A stretch of DNA of 64,000 bases, from positions 152,272,001 to 152,336,000 of the forward strand of contig OX597816.1 in assembly GCA_951406725.2 (NCBI GenBank), given 5' to 3'. Each line of letters begins with the position of its first letter. The first letter of the stretch is position 1. The translations under genes were made by a program, and so were the position numbers. The stretch comes from Octopus vulgaris. Lineage: Eukaryota. A model generated the notes under the pieces. It searched no databases. It worked only from the letters and a program-made list of their open reading frames with translations, and was not told the origin of the DNA. Positions 1-14,754 of the stretch are shown here, one piece after another.

Positions 1-214
1 AAAGTGAATATGGACCATAAAACTTGACAGAAGACAAGGGATTGAACTTGTGTTTTGTTCCTTTTCCAGAACAAATACTAGGATTTGATGCTTGCAAGAG
101 TAAAAATAACTCATTCCTTCTTTTAAATCTATATTTATCTCAATAGTTTTATTGATATAGTATAGTTTCATATTATTGTACATGTGTCCCCTCCCCGACT
201 TTTTTTCTTTGGAA

Positions 215-465
215 TTGTAAATACCAAATACCTATTTCTTTACTACCCACAAGGGGCTAAACATGGGGGAGAAAAACAAGGACAGAAAAACGGATTAAGT
301 CAATTACATTGACTCCAGTGCATAACTGGTACTTAATTCATCGACCCCGAAAGGATGAAAGGCAAAGTCAACCTTGGCAGAATTTGAACTCAGAATGTAA
401 CGGCAGACGAAATACGGCTACGCATTTCGCCCGGCGTGCTAACATTTCTGCCAGCTCGCCGCCTT
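215..465 (-). mobile_element. SINE with a Meta-domain-like core
   Basis: Minus strand reads ggcggcgagctggcagaa...gagttcaaat...gactttgcctttcatcctttcggggtcgat. Near-identical copies lie at 38560-38955. Confidence 0.75.
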
Positions 466-502
466 CGAAATTCCATCAAGGTAAATTAACAGTTATAAAC
501 AT

Positions 503-895
503 AGGCCAAACCTGGCTGTGTGGGTAAGAAGTTTGTTTCACAACCACATGGTTTTTGTTTCAATCTCTCTTCACAGCACCTTGGGCAAGTATCTTCTACC
601 TTGTAGTAAATTTGAATGATGGAAACAATATGGAAGCCCGTCATATATACGTGTATGTGTATATGTGCATGTATGCATATGTGTGTATGTGTGCATGTTT
701 GTGTTGTCTCCCCACCACTTGATAACAGGTGTTGGTTTGTTTACATCCTTGCAACTTGGTTTGGCAAAAGAGACTGATAGAATAATACTAGACTTAAAAT
801 AAATATTAAGGGTTGATTTGCTCAACTAAAAACACTTCAAGATGATGCCCCAGTATGACCACGGTCCAATGACTAAGGTAAAGGAATAAAAGAAT
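503..895 (+). mobile_element. degenerate tRNA-derived SINE
   Basis: A-box-like ggctgtgtgggtaag, gcaccttgggcaagt core, internal (GT)n. A related minus-strand copy lies near 61720-62050. Confidence 0.6.
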
Positions 896-1097
896 AAGGT
901 TAATAAGAATAAGTGGGTCAATAAATCAAGGACTTTTTAATGTCAAGAGCATTGGACATGGATGGAAGACAATTCTAATAACTATTTTCCTTCTCATAAA
1001 ATATTCATTAATTATACAATTAGTTTCTCTTCTGCAAGATATTAATTTATATTAATAGTTGTAATACAACGAAACACATATTATCATTATTATTTAT

Positions 1098-1260
1098 TCA
1101 CTTCATTTTGTTTATACGAAGCAATGTTATGTATGCAATAACCAAAGAGACTATAATCATAAAGAAGAAACCAAGAAGATTATTCCAGAGATCCCATGGT
1201 TCACTGTACTCAATACTCTGCTCTTCAAGGTAGTCATTGCCTCTTATGACACTTACATTA
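1098..1260 (-). CDS. ABCG2: ABCG2-like terminal coding exon 17 (163 nt, ...GNDYLEEQ...LLRINKMK*)
   Basis: tttcag|T AAT GTA...TGA; GxxYL motif, last TM helix and stop codon. Confidence 0.92.
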
Positions 1261-4200
1261 CTGAAATAGTCCAAAAAGATAAATAAGGTTACATCACATG
1301 ATGGCAGCAATCATTAATGATTTAGAGACAAGTAAGGATGTTGATGAGTGGAGGTTGTGATAATGTTACATTAATCAGTATTGGCAAGTCGACAGAGATG
1401 TTAAACAGATGGTGGTGGTAGAGAATAGCAGTAGTAGATGATGTAGTTAGTGACAGTAATAACTTCAAGAAATAGCAGCTAAATCACCCTCAACTGTATT
1501 TAAAAAATAGAGAAAGACATAAATGTAGTCCTAAGCACACTGTTCAATAAATAAGGGATGGCTATGGCTAAAATTCTGTTGATTGACATGTCTTTTCAAC
1601 TAGGAATGACTTGAGAGTAAACAGCAACACTAATAAAAATGGGATTTGTGATAATGAAAGTAACAAAAGGAAATACACTAAAACAATCATGAAATTGATG
1701 AGAAAAAGTAAAACATCAACAAGCATCCAACAAGGATAGCATTCACCTAAAAGTCAAGCAAGAATACATTTTTATATTTAAAAAGAGAAAGAAAACCAAT
1801 GCATGAATTAACTTACCAATTTTTGACTCCTTGGATAATGGGACAGAAGGTCATGCCCTTTAGTTCATTGATTGATAGTAGCTGAAATGATAAATGACGA
1901 GTTGTCGAAATATGTAGCAGAAAGGATTATGGTCAAACAAGAGATAATTTGAATGATGGATAACTGGGCTGTTGCCATTTGTAGAATTGAGGCATTGTTT
2001 AAAACATACATAAATGCTCGTATACATATCCATTGACATACAAACATACATGTACAGATACACTATTCATTTATGACAAGGAATAGTTTTTACAAACACT
2101 GGCAGATAATAATGAACACAATAAATGCATCAGGGATACTTATATTGTTTTTACACACACACACACACACACATGCATACACACAGGTAAAAAGACATAT
2201 CCACATCTAATTACTTAAGACAAATTTTAAAGATTTTTCTCTTTATGTAGTGTATTTAAGGAAATTCATTTTGATAAAACCCATTTCTTTTCAAGTTACA
2301 TCTGTAGTAGAATTTTAAGCTGAGTTCCTTCTTCCTACAGAAGTGAACTGTATCTCACCATGGTACTTGTTTACTGATAACATAAAAACCATAGCCTCTT
2401 GATCAGAAGGCTGAAGTAAAACATTAAACAAAGTGCCTATACAAAAGCCACACTCCCTTGAATTTATCATATGTTTTGGATTCAGTCTTGACCTGATGAT
2501 GTATTGCAAGTTACTTTTTGTAAATATTGTGTACACCATCACTCATTGTAGCATTTAAATCAGTGGTTCTCAACTGGGGTCCACATGGCCCCTGAGAGTC
2601 CATATAAGATTTTTGGGGGTTCACAATAATATTTTAAGGGGCCCTGAAAAAAATTTTGCTTTAGATGTATTTATTGGTATGTATTGCAAGAAACAGCTTG
2701 GCTTCTAACATTTTACATAGTTCAACCTATACAAGGGAATGCGTGAAAAAAACTGAAGAAGAATTTTGAAAGATGTTTCTATAAAACTAGTTTTTAAATA
2801 TTGAATGGCTATGGGGGTCCACCAGAATAAAGTAGTAATTAAAGGGGTCCATAGATAAAAACTGGTTGAGAAACCCAGATTTAAATAAACACTTTAGACC
2901 AAGTCACAGAACCATAGACATCACAGCAATGTGTTTCTATGATCTATGACCAAGACTAATAGGCCAATATATGCAGCATCTAATGAAAATTAAAATTACA
3001 GCTGATAAAGAACTTTACACACATGGAAGGCTTATATACAAATGAGACTGTGCATCATCATAGGCATGTTTATTTTGTAGCAGAATCAAATTTTATTTAA
3101 AATGTGTTTTCAGGTGTAACATCATTAAATTAAGTGAATTCTGTTTAAGCAATTGTATTTGTTTTTGTGCTGGATATAATCAGTATATATTTGTTTACAA
3201 CACCAATTTCTGTACAGACTGCATAGTGACATCCCATACTACATACTCAATTATTTGCTTGTATCTGAACATGTTAAAGCATGCTGCAAATTTCAAGCCT
3301 AAAGCAAAGTTTGATAGGCAAACCACATATGTTTGTTTGCTTTCTTTAAGTAAAGGCTGTGACATATCTATAAGTATATATGATAATAAAAGTATTAAAC
3401 TTACAACAGTTCCATAACGGGTAAGACTTAAATATTTGATCCATTGGAAATGTTTGGGTAAAGAATCTATATGCACAAGGAATCCACTAAAAAGCTGCAT
3501 GAACATAAACAGATTATAAAGTTTAAAACAATTACAACAGCAACAACTTCAACAATAATAATACATCAAAATAACATAGTAGCATATATGTTGGTGATTC
3601 AAACATTTTATTCAGTTATTAAATTTCCTTTGATTAATAAACTAATTGATATATTGATTTTTTTCCATAACTTTGACATACATATTCAAAATCTCATACG
3701 GAGCAGACATATGCACACTGATAAACCAATTGAGCAGAAAAGTTTTAAAAAAAAAAAATGTGAGGGAATATCAAATGTTAATTATTCTCCAATTAATTGC
3801 CTCATCCAAAATGTTAGATATTATTCTCAGTTTCCTTTGTAGTTGTTCTCCTCACACCACACTAACATATTTTGCATTTTGTTTTTTACTGAACCAAATC
3901 TGGTTGATACAGACTATTGATCTTGCACAATTAAATTTATAATAAATTAATTGGATAACTTCAGCATTTTTAATTTGTCTATATAATTTATGTTTCACAA
4001 ATGAAATATTCCTTACTTTCTCGACATGCAAACTTTATTTTTGTATGGAAGAAAAGTTATAGCTACTTGAATCCACCCTGTATATATCATTGATGATTAT
4101 TTTATTGACAACTGACAACATAATGCAAAAAAAAAAAAAGAAAAACTACATGGTGCAGTTTTCTCTCATAGTCATAAATAGCATAATAATTCAGAGAAAA

Positions 4201-7200
4201 CTTACCATCATAAAAACGAAAACGAGACCAATAAGAGTGTTTGCAACTGCAAAAGCACTCACACCAGAGCTTATAGCAAAGGAAACACAGGAAGCTGTTA
4301 TTGTGGTGAAAAAGACAGTTATGTAATATACGAAAAAGTGGTTTACATCTTTCTTGAATCCTGTTAAATGGAGAAAAATAAAATAGGTTGGAAGATAAAC
4401 AGAATCAATTGTCATACAGTTTAAATAATGTAAACCAAAGTAGTTGGCTGCTAAATTTCACAAACTATCAATTATCTCCAACTGATAATAAAATTTAGGA
4501 AACTCATTTGTATTTCTAAGATGGTTTATAATTAAAATCTCACACAGTTTAAATGACACCACTGGGTAAGCAGATCAAATACTAATACTATAGGCTGAAT
4601 GGTTGACAGCTCTATCTCAGCATTGACACTCCATCTGCCTCCTTTATTTATCTCACAATCTCAGTAAAGTAGTGGACAACCCACTTAAAGGTCAGCATTT
4701 CCTGTCAGTGTCAGTGCCCAAGACACTCAAACGACCTTAGTATATCCAGTTGTAATTAGATACCATAAAATAGGGATAAAAAGCCACATTAAACAGCAGT
4801 AATGTGAAATTGACCAGTGAAGTTGCCAAATTCACAACTTGTCACAGTGGCAGAAAAAACTCATAAGAACTACTTAATTGTAATGTTACTTTGAATTCCA
4901 ACATGAAGATTCTCTTCATGTAGGACACTCTAATAAAAAGATTCTCTTCATGCATCAAATATTCTATGACTTGCTATTACATTGGCAAAAAGAGATATTT
5001 CAATGGAGACTTAATGTATTAGTATATCAAATGCAACTAACAGTTTGAAGTTAACAGAATCATTTCTTACCAATCATCAAGTATGTAATGATACAAAATA
5101 TTGTAACTGGAAGAATTCGCATGGGTACAATGTCACATGTTACTTTGGCCAAGAAATAGGATGAACAACGATAGAAACCACGGGAATTCTCACGACTAAA
5201 ATCAAGCATAACAGAAATCAAAACTGATCAGTGGAAATTTATTAAAAAGTTTGCGAATTACTTTAGCATATATTCTCCCACAGTCTCTGTAGGCTACACT
5301 ACATTAAGATTAGGATTGGGTTTAGGGTTAGGGTTAAGGTCTAAGGTTAGGGTTAGTAAGAGTTCTGGTTAAGATTAGAGTAAGGGTTAGATTTAGGATT
5401 AAGGCTAGAGTTAGGGTTAGGGGCAGACTGCATACTATAATGTAAACGGCCAGCTAGATTGCACACAAAAATGGCACCTAAATCTGTTTTTTTTATATTT
5501 ATGATATCTAAAAATAATAATAAAATGGGGTTTATTATAAAAAGAAAAATTAACAGAAAATATCTCCTATCTTCATTATTTTTACTAGCAGAAATACTGC
5601 CTGCAGATTATGTGAGTATCTGCCAATATATGTATAAAACTTGAAATAGAAAATTTCTTAAGTAATTTAGATATAATAAATAGATATAGTGTAAACATTT
5701 TCACTAATATTCTCAAAGTATCTCATAGAAAAACTTTGTAATGATTTTTAATGGAAACAATTGAATAAAAGTAGAGAGCAAAATAGAGAAAAAGGCAACA
5801 CTGCAAAGAAAGTAAAAGTGACAGAGTATGCCAGAGAAAAAGGTAAAGTATTAATAACTGGGGAAAGGGTTACAAACAAAGAGAGAGAGAGACTGAAAGG
5901 AGAAAGACTGAAAAATCAATGAATATATGAGTAAGAGAGAAAAATTTATAAGGGCAGAGAAATAGAAAAACTAACTAGGATAGCTGAGAATAAACAAAGA
6001 GATGGAAAGAGAGACAAGTGACAGAAACAGACAGTATTGCAAGGAAACAGTAGAAGAAAAGGGATACAAAAGTAAGACATTAAAAAATGCTGTCATACAG
6101 AAGAAAAATTAGATTTCTGATTGAAACGAGTAGTTAAAATATACTCAAATTATAATCTATAGGAATTTTAAAGATAGTATAGACTTTAATAATTACTTTC
6201 TTATAATAAATGTTAGATACTTTAAACTAATTAATAAACAGCTCTCTTTATTATTGTATAAATTTTCCAAAAATTTTGAGTGACTGATTTATTGGAATTA
6301 TCTTACTTGTATGTTGAGAGGGAAGTTTCTTCAACTTATTGTACAAATAAAGTTAATTAACAAATACAGTTACAAAATAAAGTTAATTAATAAATTCATA
6401 AAACATTATCATCATCGTCTCCTAATCATCACCATCATCAAATGTCCATTTTCCATGCTAGCATTGGTTGGACAGTTTGACAAGATCTGACAAGCTGTAA
6501 GACTTCATCAAGCTCTATGTTAGCTTTTGTACAGTTTCTATAGCTGGATGCCCTTCCTAATACCAACAACTTTACAGTGTACTGGTTACTTTTTTTTTTT
6601 TTTTGGTACTAGCACTGGTGAAGTCACCAAGTAACTTGCAAGACAAAAGAATGAAAGGGAAAAGCCTCCTTGACTGAGTGAAAAGATGTATTTGAGAGAA
6701 AGGAAGATGATTTTATGTCAGATGTTGAGAGGCTAAAGTATGATGGAGGGACAATCTCAGACATCTTGCTACAGAGGATATACAGGGTCTTGCAGATAAA
6801 TTAAGACAATTTTTACAATGCATAAAACTGGTTATAAATACTAAAATAACAGTAGTAAATAGATATAATTTTAATCTAATACTAGTCTACCTGTGACCCA
6901 CTGGGTCACCTGGAAAGTCTGAGTTTCCCAGCAACAGAATTTTATTTTGTGGGTTTTTTTTCTTTTCCAGGTTATTCCGCACATTTTCAACATAACATTG
7001 AAATCATGCATAAACGACTCCTTTCCCTGGAAAAGGAAAGATTTGGCTGCTATTTTTTGCATACCCTGCTACCACATAATAGGTATTTCAGGTCCTTTAT
7101 CACACATAGTTGTTACATGATAGCAGGGTGTTCTAGAAATACCAGCCAAATTTTTGGAGGTGAAATACATTGAATGCACTTGAAAAAACCTATGGGAAAA

Positions 7201-10200
7201 AAATTATTTCACACTGAGGTTATGAACGGGTCTTTTACGAAATATTTACCATATTTTAAAAGTCATTTTCACTTTAAAATATTTTTTAAATATGCCAAAA
7301 CAAATTTTTGTATTGGTATTTACTTGAAAATAATTTTAAAAAAACATTAAAATATTGTCTGTTTAAAGAAAGCTAAAATATAAATACTTACTGTACAAAC
7401 AACTTGCATTTTTGAAATCACATTCACTTAAAAATATTTGTAAATATTTGTAAATGATTAAAATTTTGCGTACATCAAAAAGTCTACTTTTTTTGTTGTT
7501 AGAGAGTGAGAGACAGTGCGATGACTATGTGTGTGTATATGTCACAGATAGCATACGTGTGTTTGTGTTGAGTCACATGCCATGACTTCATTATATGTGT
7601 GTGTATTCTGTATGTGTGTATGTGTGTTGACATCACAGATGCCATGAATTTTTTTGTCAAGAAATAACAAACAAAAATTGTGTTTAATCATTTTCATTAA
7701 TAAATAGAGGTTCAAAATATCACAAAACTTCATACTGCCCTGCACAAAGTAAGTATGAAAATACATATGTAAAAAAAAAATTAAAATAAAATATACTATT
7801 TCTGAGATATTTTGGGAACAAACAAACATCTTCTAGAGTATTATTAATATTTATTACAACAAAAACATTTATCACTCAATATGGCTGCCCTTCTAGACAA
7901 ATACTGCCTCCACTTGAGAACGAAATTTTTTTGCAGCTGCTGCAACCGCCACCGTTTTGATTTTGAATGACACACGCATGATGCAGGTTTCCAAACCATT
8001 AACATTTGAGTATGGTGAAGCATTGGTCTTTGCTTGAAGTATGCCCCATAAAAAGTAATCGAGAAAGTTGACATCTGGGTCAGATGTTGGCCCTCACAAA
8101 AAATGGCACCTTCTCACCAAGGAAAGCTCATGTTGGTTTTGACCCATGGCATGGTGTAGAATCCTGGATAAGCACTACATTGTCAAGCCCAAACTTCTGC
8201 TTCATCCAAGGTAACAGGGAGTTCTTTGGGATGTCCAGATACTCCTTTGTGCTGATCTTCAAACCAGACTCAATGAAGTGTGGATCCATGACACTTCCAT
8301 CACTCTCTATGGCTCCAAATACCAATACAGAGGCAGGCTTCTTAGTCTCAAACACAGAGTGGGGACATCAGAAGGGTTGTATGCAATCTTGAGAATTTCT
8401 GAGATTCACCTCAGTGTCCACAGTGAACTTCCCATCCACAAACACGAGAGCTTTTCCTTCACTTTGAAGCTTGATGAATAACAGAAGCGTTGGGCATTTC
8501 TTGGCTCTGATTGCTTTAGCCTTGGCTGTTATGAGATGACGGCATTGTCAAACATAGCTAGTCATGCCAAGGTTCCTGTTCACAAATCTAGACACCATGG
8601 AAAGGGACACATTGCATTTCTTTACAAGAGTTGTCATGGATGTGGTTGCATTGGCTTCAATCAAGCATTTGAGATCAGCAAGAAACTTTGAATTGCACTT
8701 GGAATCACTTTGAGTCTTGTGATCTTTTCTATCAATCTTTCCCTCTTCTTAAAATTGTTTATACATACAATAACTTGTATGTTTTGACAAAAGTTTTGAC
8801 AAAGCAAAAGTTTTGACAAGACTTTTGGAAGTTTGGTCAACATAAAGAATTTTATTGGCAGTGTGCTCAGCACATGCCAAAACAACAATGGTAGAATGAT
8901 TCTGTTGCTTCATGACTTTCTGTTGTCGAATCAGTTTGCTATTTACCTGAAAAATAAAGAGGAGGATTAGATTTTCAAGCAAGCAAGGTTTTTAAAAAAA
9001 TGAAATGTTAAACCCACTAAGTCAACTTCGATGGTAGTGATGAAATACCAGAACATCTGAAAACAACAAGAAAGTGTGTATAAGAGAAAATATGAATAGT
9101 GTACTAAGAGGAGGAAGGGAGCAATTTCCTAAGAGTGTCAGAAGAGAGTAACAGATGGTTAAAGATGGGAAAAGAGGTGAACGTCATCAATGATGTGAAT
9201 GTTTGGTTGATGAGAAATATTGCTTTGGAGGGGGTGACAAAGGTGAGACAAGAGAGATAAATGTGGTTCAGGGGGTAGGATAGCTGAGAAAGTGGAAGGA
9301 TGATGTGCAAGATGATGTACAATGATAGAGATGGCAGTCAGAAGTATATAGGGATGGCTATAAGCGGTGGTGTGACAATGATGGTGGATATGAGATGGCA
9401 CAGAGAATGTAGATATGAGATTCTATCTTATGTGCATCTAGTATGCAGAATACATGCCTGAGGTATTTTCCCTAGCCATATTTTACAAAAATTTAGGCCT
9501 AACAGATAGTTACTACTGACACTGCTGCTGTTGCTATTTTTGAGCAAGGTTTCTCAAGGATATTTCAGAAAAAACCCAAGGCAGCATGTACTAATTAATG
9601 AAAGTATGAATCATGCTTCCCTTAACTGCTTTAGGGGCTCATGTAATTGCAAGTAGACACAGGCTCCCTCTCAGTTTTTCGATACTTGAAGAAGTAGAAT
9701 ATGCTGGAGGTGACAGCCAGAGAGGGAAGGACTGCACCAGTACTGGACTAGTACTTTAAGGAGCCTGAAAGAACGAAAGACAATGCATTTTATCCAAGAT
9801 TCTAATGGATTCTAATGATTTTGCCAATCAAATGCCTTTACATGTGCATGCAAATACATACATATAAATATATAAATAAATTTTTCATTTATTCATTAGG
9901 AAGGATATTCAGCCATAGAAACCATACCAGACTAGATAGTTGAGCCTGACAGCTCCTGTCAAACCTATGCCAGCATGGGAAACAAGCATCAAATGATAAT
10001 GATACGCATGCACGCATGCACACACATACACTGTAGCATATATTTTCATGATACAGTCATAACCTAGTGACATAATATGCAGAACATTATGGTAAAGCAC
10101 ACATTAGATAATTATAATCTCTGTGTTCTACACGTAAAACATCGTTCAACATTATATAAATGCTGCATTCTATTGTTGCATAACAATATTGATATATATA

Positions 10201-11006
10201 TAGTGTAGAAAATATAAAAGAGAAAGAAGCTGTGTAGAAGATTCATTTGCTTGCAGTGTTGAGTTCACTTTATTCTGTGAACCTGGAGAAGGTAAGAGCA
10301 AACAATGCCAGTTGTAATCTTCCATAGAACTACTCAAAGATCAGTTCTTCAGATGTGGCAGGTAACCATCAATATTACTAAACTCTTTGATGATGATGTT
10401 TGTTGTAGTGCAGAGAGCGACAATACAAGTGATGCAGCGTGTAATAATAGAATAACCTGGATAAAAATTTCTACTAAAAAGACATCCTCTGATAGGAAGC
10501 ATAGAGATAAACAATGAAATGGGTGTTACTATGGAAACAAAGAATATTTCTGTAATACTTACACGAAAAGTACGCGTTCTTTAAGAAAGAGATCAAGTGC
10601 AGACAAGCTGGAGAACATTTGATTCACAATAATGAAGAAGATGACACCATTCCTGCAGTAGAAAACCATTGTTATGAGTTTACTGAACAGGTTCTGGTGA
10701 GAAATAGCTTCAATTAAGTTGCTTTATGTATTCTAAGGAATATTTTTTTAATGTGTAGCTACACACACAAAAGCACATGTGTGCATATCTCCACATACAT
10801 ATCAATAAGAAATGCAACACACACACACACACACACACCCATATAATTACTTTCACTACTCCCAGAGGCATGTAGACACATACATACACACAAACTATGC
10901 AATTAGAATCTCTTTCTCTCTCTCTCTCTCACACACACACACACTCACTCAGACACAAACTATGCAATTAGAATATCTCTTTCTCTCTCTCTCATGCACA
11001 CACATG

Positions 11007-11064
<58 letters not shown>

Positions 11065-14000
11065 CACATAAATTTAATGTTTGTCCTGACAATACAAAAA
11101 CTGAATTGATAGCATTTTTTTTACATTGCTCACACTCAGTTCCTATGTTTACTCCACTTCCTACCTTTACAACCTTTATCTTGTAAATATTCTCAATGCT
11201 ATCCCTCATTTGACAATTTAATTTCCTCTCAGATGAAGTATCAGTTCCAAAACATCAGATTCTTCTTCTCTCCACTACATACCCATCTATCCAAACTCAT
11301 GATTTCACAATAGAATTTTTGCTAATGCAGACTACCACTGGTTTTCATGGATTCTATTTTTAACAGACAACTGTTGTACTGATGATGGTTATTGAGTCAG
11401 AAACATGAGTACATGACTGTCTTCTTATCTCCAGTCAATAAGCTGGTCATTTTCCTTAATGGAATGTCAATTTTGGAGTGTACATGAATTTGAGATTATC
11501 ACCTTGAGGTCTTTAGTTTGTTTATGAGGTCCTGTTTAGCTCTTGAAATTATTACTAGTAATAGTCTCTATACTCTAACTTACTTAAGGAAAAAGATAGG
11601 AGAATTTTTTTTTATATATATACATACTGACATAATCATCATTATAAGATTATCAGCTCAGCTTCATTGCTGAATTGTAGCTCTTGTACACATTTCAAGT
11701 AGCAAAATTGGTTAATTGCTTTTATTTAGTTATTCTTTTATCTTTTCAGCCTAATAGAATAAAACCAGTACTTCATTTCTTCCAGAACGGTAAAACTTAC
11801 TGAGTTCCTCAAAGACTAAACAAATGAATATCTTAAGTTTCTAAGAAAGAATCAAAGAGAAATCTGAAAGAAGGTAATTTGTTTACCTATTCTGCAGCCC
11901 CATTCTTGAATCATCCAATTGAAAGTAGATTAAACCAATAACAACAGCAAATAAGATGGTAATCATTATCTAAAAAATATATATATATATATATAAAACA
12001 CAAACATTATTAATATAGCTTGATAGAAATATAATCAACAAACCATCCATCCATCTTCTCAATCCACTATTCCTGGGAGGATCATGTAAGTCCTCAGGAA
12101 CCACCTCCACAGGATCCTGTCAGAAGCAACCATCAATACACTTTACAGATGGATTCTCAACTGTGATCAACTGAGACTATAATTAACAAGTGTCAAAATG
12201 CCTGAGTTGTTGTAAATACAATAACTTTACGATCTATTAACCATATCTTCAGAGTGTCTATCTATAATAGTAATACGAGGGAGTGCTGAGAAGTTCCTGG
12301 CTTTAGGTAAAAGAAAATACAGGAACATCAATTAATTATGATTTCATTAAACATATTCCCCTCTCAGTTTCACACACTTATTACAGCAATCCTTCAGTTT
12401 TTCTAAGCCCTGTAAAAGAACTTAGAAGGGGCTGGGCCTTTTTTGTGATACCCTTAAAATCAGGAAATTTACAGCATCTCCTCATATCTATACAATTTCT
12501 AATGATTTGATCTTTTTCTTTGATAGGTACATAGTCCCTGTCTGCATATAAACTGGAAACCTTTATTTCTAAATTAAATGAAGTAACATTCTTATCCACT
12601 AAGCCACTGACATGAGTACTTAGTCTAGGACTGGACTGTATACACATCAAGGCACAAGACATCTGATGACAATCAACATTTAGTGTAGATATAAAAGAAA
12701 AGGAAACAAATGATTGGCACTTTGTGACTGACTCATAAATACATTTCAACTTCTAACCACAGACGCTCTGTTTTATATTTAAAAATGTTTTTCACTTTTA
12801 CTACAATGGCTTCTATCCTTAGCACTAGCTGGTGGCATTGAACCTATATCCTGTCCAGCCTGACACAGTAATCTCACCTGCTCCTGATGTTCACCTTTAG
12901 TCTTCCCTGCCAATCCAAGCACTAACCCCTTAGCCCAATTTTTCCAGTCCAGAATGTTAACCCTCAAGAAATTCCTCACTTCACTAGAATGAGGCCATGA
13001 CCCCAGGACTTATTTTCTTTAAAGCCTGGTACTTCTTCTATCAGTCTCTCTTTTTTTTTTTTACCAAACTTCCAAGTTATAAGGATGTAAACACACCAAC
13101 ACCAGTTGTGAAGTGGTGGTAGAGGACAAACACAGACACAAAAACACAGTACTGACGTGTGACCTCATTGGTTTCTTCATCCTAGATGTACTAAAAAAGA
13201 AGTTCCTTTCAACTAGTTTTGCCCTCTACAGGGATGAAGCACTGGCAATATCAAGAGGGACAAACAGCCACATTATTTGCATTATTTACTGTGCACCAAA
13301 TGTAAAAAAGATTTTTTAGTAGGTAGACCTACACCTGAGACAGAGGCAGGATGCTCATGTAGGGGTAACACATGTCCACTGAACAGTCACTGCAATATGG
13401 AGACCATTGTATACAAAGCAGAGGTAACAGCCATGGGATTAAATGGGCAACCAAACGTGTGAAAGTACATAGGAGTAACTGAAGGCCCCTTCAGAACCCA
13501 CTATAACATCCACAAGTCCTCCTTCAACATCCCAGAGAGATGTAACATCACAACCCTAGCCAAGCACATTTGGTCTTCGAAAGAAAGTGCCACCAAGTAC
13601 AACATAAAGTGGAAGATTCTAGAGAAATGTAAACTGTACTTCAATAGCAGCAAGAAGTACAGGTTATGTCTGGCTGAGAAAAGAATGATTTTAAAGAGCA
13701 CTCAACACCCAGGCACCTATCTGAATAGAAGCAAAAACTAATAAGGAGAGTACAGGAGGCGGTCAAAAAGGCCAGCTTCTATATATGGCTGAAGCAGGAA
13801 GACCAAAAATGGCTTGAAAGTCATAACACGCCCGCGGGAAATAACATCATTAGGTGAGACAAGCTGACACTGAATCAGCTTCACTGACTGACAGGTGACA
13901 GTCGTTTAGAGAATGTGTGGGTTAAAACTACATGCCTTCACTAGTCAGTCAAGGTGAGACAGTGTCATGTGGCAACTTGCCAGGGCTGCCTGCTGGAGCC

Positions 14001-14713
14001 TAGCGGCAGGTATTTAAAGGGAAAAATTTGACAAGTCAGTCAGTCACCGGCTGACACTCGCTGACGACACATTGAAGAGGCCAGGGAACAGAAGAAAGAA
14101 GACATGCACCCAACACCAGAGCTGAAGACACCTCCGAAAGGGGGGGCCCCGCCACGTCAAAACGGTAGAGGAGTAGGGGCCGAAACCGGACATGGTTCCT
14201 CCTGATGATGTCTTGAGCTAACTGGATCCTATAAAGGAGCTGTTGTGGTAGCAGACCTCGAAACACAGTTGTAATATGGGGATGATTTGAAGTTGTATGA
14301 CCAATTATGTTGCTTATTTTTAACCACTAAGTTTATATATATATATCATCATCATCATTATCATCATATATCACCCGTTTTCCATGCTGACATGGGTTAG
14401 AAGGCTTGACTGGAATTGGTAAGCCAGAGAGCTACACCAGATTCCAGTTTGAATTTGGCTTGGTTTCTATGGTTGGATGCCCTTCCTAATGTCAACAACT
14501 CCAAGAGTGCAGTGGGTGCCTTTTGAATGTTACTGGCATGAGTGCTGTAATGTACCACCAGCACCAGTCACAACTATGATTTCACTTGGTTTGACAAGTC
14601 TTTCCAAACACAGCAAATCAACAAAGGTTGCGATCACTTGTTGTCACTTTCGTGAGGCCCCACATTTGGAGATCATGCTTTTCCACCTTGCCCCATGTCT
14701 TCCTCTTTCACAG

Positions 14714-14754
<41 letters not shown>

